64,000 nucleotides of DNA from NCBI GenBank assembly GCA_010405405.1, contig MU004236.1:1246070-1310069 (forward strand), written 5' to 3'. How positions within the stretch are numbered: position 1 is the stretch's first letter; every line of letters starts with the position of its first letter. Source of the stretch: Microthyrium microscopicum (lineage: Eukaryota). Shown here piece after piece: positions 36,961 to 49,800 of the stretch. The notes beneath the pieces are model-generated. The model saw only the letters and a program-made list of their open reading frames with translations, did not search any database and had not been told where the DNA came from. The translations under genes were made by a program, and so were the position numbers.

Positions 36961-39187
36961 CTATGCAGTCAGCTCAGCTATCCGCTTCTCAATGTCGGGC
37001 ACAGCGCGAAGCTGCATATCAAGCTCATCTTTCTCACTGCAGACATATTAGCACAACTCCATCAATAATATGGGGACAGTTACTCTTCAAGTTGGAACCG
37101 CCTCTCGGCATCCAGCCGCGTAAACACATAATGACCCATGCCATCAAACTGCAGTATCATCTTGTGATATTTCCACAAGCTACGTCGATGTGACACCGTC
37201 ATCAGCGTAATGCCCAATCGCTTCGCCTCCTCATACATGACGCGCTCCACCTCCAGCGTCACACTGCTCGTGCACTCATCCAGAATCGCATACTGCGGCG
37301 CATGGTAGAACAGCCGTGCCATCGCAACTCGCTGCTGTAGCCCGCCAGACAGCACATCTGCCCACGTCTCTTCTGCATCCCAGCCATCTGGTCTGTCCAC
37401 GATACTGCTGATATCTAGCACTTTTAGGATGCGTAGAAGGTCTGCGTCTGTGGTTCCGCGGGCGCGCATTTCGCGTAGGTTGTCGGGGTAGATGATTTGT
37501 TGGCGCAGACTTCCGCGGCTCAAGTATGGGCGTTGCGGGAGGTAGAAGATTGCTTCAAAGGGGGGTTTTGTTACGGAGCCGCCGTACACGGGCCAGAGAC
37601 CGCCGAGGATGCGGAAGAGGGAGGATTTGCCGCAGCCATTTGGGCCGACGATTAGGAGATGGTCGCCGCGTTTGACGCTGAATGAGAGGGCGCGGACTAG
37701 GACGTCGCCGTTGGGGGAGACGATGGGCACGTTTTTGAATTCAATGTCTGGGCCTTCGTGGATTGTGCCGCGGCCGGCGAGGACGGCGGCGTTGGATTCG
37801 ATGGATACGGAGCTGACGAGGTTCTTTTCAAAGTGGCCGGCTTGAATGTCGGCGATGACGTCGAGGAGGGTGGAGACGCGGGCGGTGTAGCCGGCGAGTT
37901 CGGTGATTTCTTTGTAGCTGAACATTAGGCGGCCAAAGGCGTCGGAGGAGGATGCTAGTAGGCGGCGGCTGGTGATGAACGATTCGCTGCGGTCGCCCAT
38001 GGAGCCTACAGTGTCGCTGGCGACGCCTGGGACTTTGATGAAGACGGGGACGGAACAGAGGAGAAGGCCAAGAGCGCCCCAGAAGTACTTGATGACAAAG
38101 TCTTCCATGATGCCGTGGTAAAAGCGCCGCCGGAGGATGCGGTTGACGTGTTTGATGAGTGTAAAGTAGCCCTTGTCGAGGGTATCCTTCTCAGCTTCGT
38201 GGCCAGAGTATAGGGCGACTTCTTCGCTGTAGTCGATGAGTCTGCTGTGTTGGAAGCGGAATTCTCCCTCTAAGCGGGCTTCTTCTGCGACGTATTTGCC
38301 GAATGGTGGTGTGAGTGCTCGCATTAAGCTAGCTGTGACCTGGACTACAAGAGACATTATGAAAAGACCTTCTCCACCGACGCTTCGAGAGAGCGACCAG
38401 TTATATATGATCATGTCGAGAATAGGTTTAGATAAGCTGGAGTATAGCTCGGAAAGGGAGTTTGAGAATTTCGTTACGTCAACGGTGATAAGTTGATCGG
38501 CGTTTTTGATTCTATCGTCCAGTGATGATAATGTGTAGAATGTCATATTTGACAGATATTTGTTGTGTATGTAGTTGGTAAGACGAGTGCGGTATCGAAG
38601 TGCTAGTTTTGCTTGGTGATATGAGAGCTATAGAGCTATTAGACGTGTATGATGATATTGTTTGACGACCTTACCATTGAGTTCGTAAATGTAGCGGGAA
38701 CAGCTACCATCATCCACCAGACTAACCCCCATAAAAAGTCTTTCCCCTTCCCTCGCACTAGATTACTGACTAGTTTGCCGTCCAGCTCTGCGACGTATAA
38801 ACTCAGAAGGGTACGTAAAACCAAGAATATGCTATGGCTGATCAACAGCCGAAACTCTTTACTCTTCCATCCTGGTATGACAATCTTCAGTAATCTAAAG
38901 AGATTTTTGAAGAACTCGCGATCAAGCTCGACTTTCTTTCGCTTATGAGGATCTTGCACTGATCCTGAACCAAGCGCGGTCCTGCTCTTTGTAGGTCGAA
39001 CCGCCGCGCGTTGTTCAGATATGGCTGATCGGATGCGTTGTAGAACCGCGACGATGAGAGTAAGGAACACGGCGCGAGATATTGTTGAGCGATTTCGAAG
39101 GTATAAAGACACGAGTTGCTTGACCATGCGCTTGATGGAGGATTCGGAGACAGCTGGCGGCAAATGCAGCTTGGATTGAGCCGCCAT
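36961..39187 (-). CDS. PXA2: Peroxisomal ABCD half-transporter for long-chain acyl-CoA; exons 39187-38675, 38627-37084, 37036-36961
   Basis: [33 protein letters not shown] (EAA-type region), Walker [10 protein letters not shown], signature [15 protein letters not shown]; two GT-AG introns give a continuous frame. PXA2 rather than PXA1 is from recalled similarity only. Confidence 0.9.
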
Positions 39188-40338
39188 TGCGGGGAAGTAG
39201 AGAAGATACCGTTGAAGCTGTATTTGATGGAAATGAAGTGGACTAGAATGGATCCATTTGAGATGTTAAATTCGGGCTTTTGGGGGTGGCTAGCACATGT
39301 AAAAGAGGTGAGGAGAGATTGACGTGTGTGTATGATCTGGGTATGGTACTTGGAATGATGCGTGACTTCCATGATCTTTCTTCGCATGTGATCCCCTCGG
39401 CCACACCAAGTTATCAACTACTAGCTTTCCCCACCACGTGGCATTTCATTTTCAACGGACTTTTCCACTTTCAAATCCGCAATGTTTATCCATTTCAAAC
39501 TGTAAATTTATCCATTCTATATCATCTAACAAATTGCCTCATGCATTTCTGGTGTGGCCGGCCTTGCTCTCTTAACAGCAATTGGAAACGTCTACGCGCC
39601 TACTTTGGGTAGAGTTGTAGCTGAACACTTTCACGATCCCACGTCCTACCATTTCAACTCTCCGTTGCCTCAAGTTGTTTCAGCAATATATCTTGCTTGT
39701 CTCAGGAGATACTCTAGAGTATATCTTCAATGTCAGAGCTGCCTCTTTTCTGTCTTCGACGCCCTATTCTTTAGTCTAGAACCACCAGAGGCCTTCATTG
39801 ACTGTGGCTCTGAATTTCATTATGGTACCATCCAGATCTGCAACATTCAGAGTCGTGAACTGAGTGGAACCAAAGTTTTCAAAATCGTGTCAATCTTATC
39901 TTGGCTGTTTGATCATGTAAAGTCAGGTAAATTATACACCATGGTGAAAGATCATTCTTCTTCCATCTCATAATCAAGGGTCCAAAGTTCGCTGAAGAAG
40001 ATAATGATGAAACTCATCTAGTACTGCGTCTCCTCGTCATGGATGCAATTTGGCTTTGCTTTTTGAATCGAGCTAAGTTGGTGGCCGACTCAAGTCATCT
40101 TTTTGCTTCGAACCTACCTACTTCTCGAGAAATGTTGTAAGAAGAAGATTGTTTTTAATTCAAAGATTAGGAAGCTGATCGATCTCACTAATCTGAAAAG
40201 AGCTAGCTTGGATCAAACCACGCTTTGCCTGTTACGGTCGTGCCAAGCAACCCCAGCATCTCGATATTTTTTTCTGTGCTTCAGTCAAGCTTTTCCTTCC
40301 CACTTCCTTCGAACTTTTTCCTAGCGAGACTTTGCTCC

Positions 40339-41259
40339 ATGCAACTTCGCTTCTTCTTAGTAAGACACGGAGAAACTGTTGATAATGTAGCTAATATCAT
40401 GTAAGCATTTGATGTTCTGCTACCGTCATGACGATTTTTGCTTACCATTCACAGTGCTGGAGTGCGAGACTCTCAACTCACCAACCATGGCTTTCAGCAA
40501 GCAACGCGACTGGGCCAGTACCTCAACGCAAGTGGAATAGATATCACGCATGTATTTGCTTCGCCTCTCCAACGCGCAACCATAACTGCCCAACAAATCA
40601 TTTTGGGCCAGCCGGAGAAGAATCGAGAGAGCATTCCTCTGATCCCTGCACCTTCGCTTCGCGAACAAGATTACGGTCTCTTGGAAGGAGCTCGGTACGA
40701 TGAATACCGTCGTGGAGGATCGGGCATGGCCAGTGTTGAGACTAACGAGATGATGACTGCTCGCGCCGCACAGTTCATTGACGAGTTTCTGGAACCGGTG
40801 GCCAACAACCTAGCATCAGCCACAGTGGTGATTGTGTCACACGGCAGATTTCTTTGCAGCCTCTGGCCGCAGTTGCTCTCCAGATTCAATCCAGAAACGA
40901 TTATCTGTGACCAACAGCTGATGGTTGCTAGCAACACCATCACTTTGCAGCGCATTGGTGCTTGGTCCAACACTGGCTACCTAGAGGCCATGTTCGAGAG
41001 AGATGTACCTGAGGATGTATCAAACAACGTATTGGCCCCTCCTGCGATTGTACTTTCTCAAACAGTTCGCCCTGAACTGGACGAAATATCCAACTTGCGA
41101 ATTCTCTCAAGCCGCTGGAATTTGCGTGTATCTGCTATCAACAGCCTGGTTCATCTTCAAGGCTTTAAGAAAACTCGCGGCATCGGTAGTGCTCGATACG
41201 ACTCTCGTCAAAGCACATTGGACAAGTTCTTTCCAGGGCAACGAAGTTCGCCAAGCTGA
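40339..41259 (+). CDS. Histidine phosphatase / phosphoglycerate mutase family protein; exons 40339-40400, 40455-41259
   Basis: Exon 1 MQLRFFLVRHGETVDN (RHG motif), SPLQRA, LREQDYG, IVSHG; GTAAGC...ACAG intron. Confidence 0.88.
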
Positions 41260-43785
41260 TACGAACCACTGTATGATGCGGTCTACTCTCAGGCCGCGCA
41301 TAATCAGCTTGCGTGGGTAGGTTGAGCTGACCGACTTGTCATCAGTCACTCTTACGAGCGGTCACAATACTTCGCAGAGCCTCCCGAGCTCCCCGGCTCA
41401 GGTATCTTGTACTGCCAGATCACAGCCTAGCTCTGTTGACAAATCTGATATTCAATTTGCGATCTTGGATAAACAAAGTAAGTACCTTCACCATTCCTTT
41501 CTGTCAACATCATATGATGATACATACTATTCACAGACCTGTTCTGAATATTCAATGTGGACCACGATAAAATCCAACTGCTGTCTGATATGATGCCTAC
41601 CAACCCCTCTCTGTCATAAATGAGCTATTCTGAACCAAGACTAATTCCTTCAGGTTGCTGTCCACATTCGACGCCTTGCTGTAAAACGGAACTAGTGATC
41701 TGCCATTTTCGACCAACCAAGAGCAATGATGCAGGTTTTCAGGTTGCTGTTAAAGCTGGCATGCAAATTTAGGAATTAAAGAACGTTGCACCAGATCAGC
41801 CCCGCACTGCTTCTCGCATGGGTATCCATATCTGTCAATGTCAACTTGTATGTACAAGCACGACTCAAGTAGTTCTTTTTAGTGGTAGCATCGAATCCAA
41901 TCATGCTTCTGTTTACCCGGCCGGCAACCGTCCGTATCTAAATCTTACGTATCAATTGAGTTGTTTACTTGTCCTGTCTGATCAAGATAGGTAAGTTGAA
42001 AAGAAAATAAGCCTCAAGGACCTTTTTTCACATGCCCCACAATGCTTCATCCAGGTGCCAATGGTATCGTGGTACTAGCCGCATCACTTTCTTTCGCCCT
42101 GCCGGAAGGATTTGATCTAATGCCAGTTACAAGACCCACTTTGGTTTTTGGCCGGCGAATTACACATCGTTTACGACTGGTTCGTCAAACTTGTCGAACT
42201 TTTTTGTTCTTGGAGTTTGAGCTGTCCTCCGCCGTCCGACAGTTTTCGCTACGGTGTCAAAGACACGGTTCTGACCTTTCTAGGTGCGGAAGCTTGCGAA
42301 ACATGAACGCTACTTTCGCGATCCCGTTCTCCGCTCCCGCAACATTCCGCCTTCCCCGAAGGCTAGGTACAATGCTAACGTGATTATGCGAAAGCGAAGC
42401 GGGAAGACATTTAATCTTCAATGGCGGAATCGGCTAGGTGCGCACAGTAAGAATGGCGCATAAGAACACGCACACTGGCAAAACGCTGAAAGTGATATTG
42501 CCAGCACGAGTGGGGTGGATCAACTGAATATTTGAAAATATCCACGCGAAGTAGCATGATATCGAATTGATACTGAACAGAAAAAAAAGTAACTTGCTTC
42601 ATAATGCAGAGAGAGAGAAAAATCAATTACTACTGGGACCAACGAGCGACCGTTGACCGCTGTTATTTTGTCCTTTGGCTGTAATATCAGGCCTATCGGC
42701 AGGCGTGAATGCAGCATTTATGCTGGTTGCTCTGTAAAAAGCCGAGCTTTGCCCAAGTTCATGCAGTGTGCTTCCCTTGAGCTGGCTTCGCTGGATGAAA
42801 GCAATGTACCTAGCTCGTAGAAAATGGCTGGTAGGTACATGGAGTGGGCCTGTTTGAAATGGATGATAATGCTATTGGCCATGGGGAGCTGGTTACTGTT
42901 GGGCAGAACTGGTGCAGGATTAACAAGATCTTCGGATGATGCTTGGCCATGCGAATGCAGGTTGGTACCAGAGACATGTTGATAATTCAGTAATTCTCAG
43001 GTTGGAAATGCTGTAAAAATGTGCGGCAATCGAGATTATAAAAACTAGTGTCGTGAGCGGGAGCCGGAAACAGCTCCGCGATATTGGTTCTAACTTCTAA
43101 ATGAAAGGGGTGTAGATATTACTGGAACGATGGAAAAGCAGGAGCAAATGGAAGACAAGGAACTGGGATGAGGGAGTTCAGAATCAAGCTGTTTCTTTAG
43201 AGGTTTTCCTGCACAAGAGCTGCAGGTTTCGCAGCAAGCATGCATGTTTAAGCGTCATGCACGGCGTTGAAATGCAGACAGAATCTCCAAGGTGGTTGAG
43301 TGGAGTGACTTATTCTTTTGGTGGTGAGATTAAGCTTTCATTCTCAATTTTGGGGTTTAAGCCTTGACAAAGATGTCAATCAATAATTCAACGCGGTGTC
43401 AGTCAGGTGGAAAGAATTCGTACGTTTTGTGAGGCGATATTGAGGTGTTGAGAGTACTACTAGTATGATAGGTATGATCTCCTTCCGTTGTATGATTAGC
43501 GAGGCGGTGTTTTATGCTGCGATTATTGTATGAAAAGAAGCTTCGATGAAGCGGTCCTTGGTCGACGATCTGGGGTTCACATCATTCCATTTATCACAAT
43601 CTGAAGTTACATCTGGTACGGATTGCATGTGCTGCAAACTTGGCGAATCGTTACTAATTGCATTGATACAAGCTCTCTCAAAAGACCGGCTATTGAGTGA
43701 CCAACAACATTATCGATTGCCGCCCGTTAACCTGCAGTTAACAATGGCAATCCTAGAGGATGTGATGCCGGCATGCAGCATAATA

Positions 43786-43860
43786 CCTCTGCTGCGCGTT
43801 CTGTGGTTATACAGGGCAAAATCTGGCCTATTGATTCAGCTGCAGATCTAGGATCTGATT
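43786..43860 (+). repeat. Left terminal inverted repeat of the Tc1-like element
   Basis: Reverse complement matches 62313-62388 apart from a few transitions and one indel. Confidence 0.9.
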
Positions 43861-44170
43861 AAATCGCACAATAGGATCAAGGAGTACGTTAGTATATAGA
43901 TTTATATATAATTAGACTATTAGTAGCTATAAAGTAATGCTAGTTTTATAGTACTCCCTAGTAATCTAAAGATAGGCTAAAAATACAGATTTTAGAGTAA
44001 GAATTCCTCGCTAAGGACACATTATAATTAATTAATCTTTATATCGTTCAAAAGCCTAAAAGAGCTATATTCCTATCAAATTATTAGCAAATACCCTTAT
44101 CGTTATTATTCCTTATAATTATATTAAATAAACGTCCTACATTAGTAAAGATTAATCCTAACGCTACTTA

Positions 44171-45797
44171 ATGCCCTACCTATAAGAAGAAAACTAGAAT
44201 ATCAACACCTAAGATAATAGCAGACATACCTACCTAAATTATAAGTAAAATAAGCTAAAATAATGCTATTCTTCTAGGAATAGCTCCTATAGCATCTTAA
44301 GATCTCTATACCTTCTAAATACCTATAGAGAGCTAAACACAAAGCCAAAATCCTAGCTCTTTAATAATAATTCCTAGCTCTTTAACGATAATTCCTAGCT
44401 CTTTAATTAGCTACATAGAAGAGACAGATAATAGGGCAAACGCTAGCTAGAGATCTTAATAGCCTAGATTTAATAAGTTAATAGAATCTTAGATCCTAGC
44501 GCTGTCATCATAACTAGAGGATAGTTTAAACAAGCCTATTTAAATTGATAACAAGCTACTACTAATTATCTACTACAAGATAATAAAATATAATATTAAG
44601 AAGAGAGGAAATAAAGTATAACTAAATAAAACTACCTTAGAAGTATATACTACCCTTACTAATAGTTAGAAAGAAGCTCTTTAATAGAAAGCTACTTAAG
44701 CTAGAGAACGACGTTATCTAATAGGCTCTACAACGTTAATTTAGACCTATTTTTAGCTTCCTATTAATAGAACTACCAAAGATCCTATAATACTATTTGC
44801 GTTTAAGGAAGAGGGGCTAGATATTAAACACTAACTAGTAAAGATTAAGAAACGCTTTAACATCTTTTTAGAGATGTCTTCTAAAATAGTTAAACGAGTA
44901 ACGCTAGAGTAGGAGATATTATAGTTAATAAACAAAGCTAAAGAGGGCCCTAAATCGTTAGTAATAGCAAAAGAACTTTAGGAACAATAAAAGGATATAG
45001 ATATTACTCTAATTAATACTATTATTAAAGAGAATTAAATCTATAATTATGCTAATACTTATATTACTCTTTCTAATAAATATAGCTACTATAAAGAGTT
45101 ATATCCCTCTTTAAAGGTTTAAGAGTATTATTATATCCTTAGAATAAGTAAGAAATACATAGTAATTTAACCTTTAGTACTACGCCACTAGAGCAAGATT
45201 ATTAGACCTATAGCCCTTTACAAAGCCTTTAATCTATAGCCTCTAGATAAGATTCTAATAGATATCTTTAGCTCTACTACTAGTAAATAGTTTAATAAGA
45301 ATGCTTATTCTAGGGATAAGCATAGTAGTAGAGATAAGAATAATTCTAATAATTTAGGGCACTTTAATAGTAATAACCTATATTTTAGCTTCACGCTAGT
45401 AGATATTTAGGCTACTATAGCTACTAGTAGTAGAGTGCTAGTAGTAGACACTATAGCGACCTTAAACGTTAAAATTCCTACTAGTAGCCCTCTACTACTA
45501 GCAGCCTTAGATTTAATTATTTTCAATCTAAATAAAGAGCTAGTAATATTTAAGGAGTAGTTATCTAGTTATCTAGATGTTAAAACATCTTAGTTTAAGT
45601 AGGTAAAGTTAATTTTAGGTATTTATTAAAGTAAGTACATAAGAATTAGTTAAGCAGCTATAGAGGAAGATATTAGGGTCTTTACTATTATTAACCCTAA
45701 TATCAAAATTAACGCTATAAAGTATTTTATTATTTAGGTTAAGGAATAGTACGATAAGGCTAAAAAGAATAGTAAAAAACGTATAGAAGAAAGTTAA
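44171..45797 (+). pseudogene. RIP-inactivated second ORF (unknown protein) inside the Tc1-like element
   Basis: One frame (position mod 3 = 0) reads protein-like from ~44295 to 45797 with TAA/TAG stops revertible to CAA/CAG/TGG; in-frame 21-bp triple repeat at 44351, 44372, 44393; start and a possible first intron are uncertain. Confidence 0.5.
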
Positions 45798-46864
45798 ATT
45801 AAATAAGATAGATATCTATAAGTACTATAAAGTATTAAATATTAAATTTGCTTTTACGAAAGTATTTTATCGCGCGCCAGCTAGTATTAAGCTCTCTTAG
45901 GCCTAAACATAGATATTCCTTAAATAGCTATTCTTCTTATCGTCCTTCTTTATAATGCCTATTATTTAATCTAATTTACTTCTTCAAATTACTAAATAGT
46001 TGCTTAATAAGATTAAAATTAGGGCTATAGAGTAGTAGGAACTCTAATTAAATACTATAACTCTTAAAAAGAGGCTTTAGATCTATAGCCTAATAGAACC
46101 ACGCGTTATTTATTATAATAATAGAATTCCTTAGGGTAGGAAACGTAGAACACTTTAGAATTAGGTTATATTTATACTAGTAGGTAAATTCCTTGCTATC
46201 TATATTATATTTATTATAAGTTAGATAACAAAGAGACAAGTTATATTATAAGCCTACTAAACAGGAAGGTAACTTAGGGAGAAAGAAGAGTTAAGAGACT
46301 CTTTAATTAAGGTATTTATATACAATAAGGGTAGCCTAAATAGGCATAGCTTTAGAAGGTTTAACTCCTAACATTACTTCCCCTATCTAAAAAATTTTAG
46401 CTAAAACACTAAGTTAATTATAAGATCTTAATCTTATCTAGCTATATCTAACGCTTATTATTCTTATAGTTTGCAATAGAGCTTCCATTTACAACGCACA
46501 AATCTATACGTTCACTTTTAGGTATAAAATATAAAGCTTAGGTTATTAACCATTAATTCTATACTAGTATTTTGCCTATTTTAGACTAAATTCTAGGTAT
46601 AAGGCCCCTTTCTTAGTATATAATATTAGTTCTTTTTAGTCGTAATCCCATAAAGGCTACTTAATTAGTAGGTTGTCTTATTTATACTTAGTTAGAGCTC
46701 TATTATAATATTAAGGAATAAGATTAGAAGAACGTAACTATAGTTAAGTTACTATACTTTTACCTATACGTTTAGAGGGTATAAAGTAATATCGTTCTAT
46801 AAAGTTAACTATTCTTTCTTTATTATACTTTAAATAAGCTTCTTCTCTTCTAATTAGTCCTTAT

Positions 46865-49800
46865 TGTAATAATTCCTCTTTATAGGCTTTACAGCGGTGT
46901 TATAAGAGAGATCTTATTACAAGATTACGCGCTAGACCTAAGGGGGTTAGCGCGCCTAAGGATCTACTAAGTAAACTTACTTCCCTCGCAGATCTATAGC
47001 TCTTCTAGATCTTCTTCTCTCTCTCTCTTATTCATAGATTCTAGAATATAATCTAATTATCTACTTGCTCTAAGTTCTATAACTTATTATATAATCTATA
47101 AACTATTTAACCACCCGCGCGCTTACACCGCGCACCCTAGAATTTACTTTTAAAGAAGCGCCTATATAGATTAACATCCTACACGTATAGTCTTAGACCC
47201 TATTAAAGATCCTTTATAGATTTACTAAATCTATTAGCCCTACTAACCCCTTATTTAATTAGAGCGTTAGGATTCCCTAACACTCTTTAACCTATTAATG
47301 GTCTAAGCGTTAATTGCCCCTCATTCTTAGTTCTATAGAATACCAAAGTTTATCTTCTGTACTACTACTAAATATCTATAATTATACTTAATACACTTAC
47401 TATTAAAACGCGCCAAATAAATAAGCGTTCCCTCCTAGTACCCTTCTTTATTATTTATAACTATAGCTAATAAGGCTTCTAATTAATAGACCTAAGTTAA
47501 TAGCTATATAGCCTATTTGCTATTCCTAATTACTTACACTTAGCCTAATAATTAACGCCTATCTTTATCTCTTATACGCTCGCGTTACTTATCTCTATCG
47601 CGTTGCCCCTCTGCTATACGTACTAAGTATTAAAGTAAACCTAACACCTAAGATATAGTACAGCTAAATACTATTTAAAAAGTAGTAGATTTAATAGAGA
47701 GCGCATTAAGACCATTAAAACCGCTAGAACTAGACTTAAGAGCGTTATTAAAAGATAAAGACAAGTTAGAAGATAATTGTCTACTAAAACGAGGTTATAA
47801 AAGTAAAGAAACCAAAGCGTCAGAAAACGCCCCTTAAAATACTAGTTAAATAACTTCACTAAACTAAATGAATATAGAAAATAACCAACTATTAGCTTCT
47901 TTTTAACCTAACAATAACACTAGACTTTCTCCTAAAATATATAAATAGCTAATAGAACTATACTAATAAGCTAAAGGCCTTAGAGTGCCGCCTATATTAA
48001 TATCTTACTATCCTATAGTAGCAAACCTTAATCAACTAGTTACTCTAACTATTAATAAGAACCTTCTAATCTTTTAAGCTACTTAAGTATAAAAGATGCC
48101 TAGCGAAGAAGGCGACGAGCTAAAGGACGTAGGAGTATACCTCTATCGTAAAGAAAAGCAATTAAACCTCTATTACTACTCTTACTACTTAATTAAATTA
48201 AGTATAGACCTAAAACGTCTATTAAAAGGAGAGTTTACGCTAGACGACTTAATTATATAGCTTTACGCCTCTTTATTAGCCTCTTAAACCGTGGCCTACC
48301 TCTTCAAAATTAAGCGGAATATAAACGCTCGTAATATAAACTTAATCTACACTCTCTAAGAAGAAGCTTTAGAAGCTTAAAGAGAGATATAGAACTTAGC
48401 CAAAACTAATAATAAACGCGCAAAGCAAATTACTTACCTTAAAGCGTAAATCTAAAATAATGCCATTACCCTTAAGGAAGTAGCAACCGTTTGCTAGAAG
48501 GTATAAGAACTATAATATGATAATAATCTGCTTAAGGAAGTACTCGCTACCCACGTTAACAAGATTAGCAAATATCGTAAGGCTTTATAAAAGAAGGTAG
48601 ACAAAGCTACTATCCTTTAAGCCCAAGTTAACGCCCTCTAAAAGAAACCCTTAGCTACTAAAGTGACTAATCCCTATCTTAATTGCGACGAGTTAGTAAA
48701 CAACGATCTATTTTGCTAGACCTCCTTAGCTTAAGACATAGACTAATCTAACTCAAATATGCCTTTAGAGGTACTAGACTTGCGTCGAACTACTCCCTTC
48801 TCTAATCTTAACTTAGTTAGCAGCGCCTCTCTCCTTAAAGTATGGAGTGATAAGCCTTTACTCTTTTTAAGAAAGAATAAGCAGAAGTATTGCGCTTAAA
48901 AAGGTAAGGTGCTAGATTACCTAAATAATAACGCTTAAGTCTACCTTACCAAAGCCTCTAAGATCTAAGTTATCTAAGAAGCAATGAAGGACTAGGCGTT
49001 TAGTACTATTAATAAGTAGAGTAACTATGAGTTAACTAACCTATATTTATCTATCGTAGAAATATAGTCTAATTTAAATTATAAATATGGTATTAAAGAT
49101 AGCTATATTACTACTAAAACCTAGCTTAAGAGTTAAGAAGCTATAATAAAGCTTACTAAGAAACTTAAAGAGTTCCTAACCCGCTTCTTAGAAAATTCAC
49201 GCGAGGCTAAGCTAAGTGATTAAGATAAGATTATTAAAATATAACCTCTCTTACTTCTAAAGTTCGTAGAGAGAGTACTCTTCATAGAATTAAAGACCTT
49301 TACTAACTTCTTAAAAAGCCTATACACTATAGCTTGTTATATTAAATACGTCCCCTTTATAAATCCGCGTAGTTACGATAATAACAATCGTTTAGCAGCT
49401 AAAGGTAGAGAACGGAAACTTAAATATAATTATCCTTTAGAAATTTATAATGCGTTAAAGGCAGATAACTACTATATAAAATATAGCGAAAAGGGTTATA
49501 GTTACTAGCAAAACAAAGTACTATGTAAAGATAGAGACGCTTTATTAGACGCTAAGATACGACTAAAGGTTATAGCCATTATTACGAAGTTCGCTATTAT
49601 CTACGATTAAATTGCCACTTAATTTTTTTAGTCCCCAATTGTAGAGGATAATTATAATAAGTATGATTATAATAACGATACGAAAAACTAAAAGCTCCTT
49701 TATAGAGACGCGCGAAGGAGCTAAATAAGTAAGAAGCGTATAATTAGCAATAGAAGAAAGATAAACCCAACCCTAAGCTAGTTCTCTCTAAAGAACAAAT

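Noticed and set aside
42042..42717. Short ORFs or a structured RNA in the long intergenic region
   Set aside because: No protein motifs, consistent splice pattern, tRNA cloverleaf or rRNA similarity that I could support.
44351..44407. CRISPR-like or regulatory repeat array
   Set aside because: Three tandem 21-bp units without unique spacers in a eukaryotic TE; better explained as an in-frame coding repeat.
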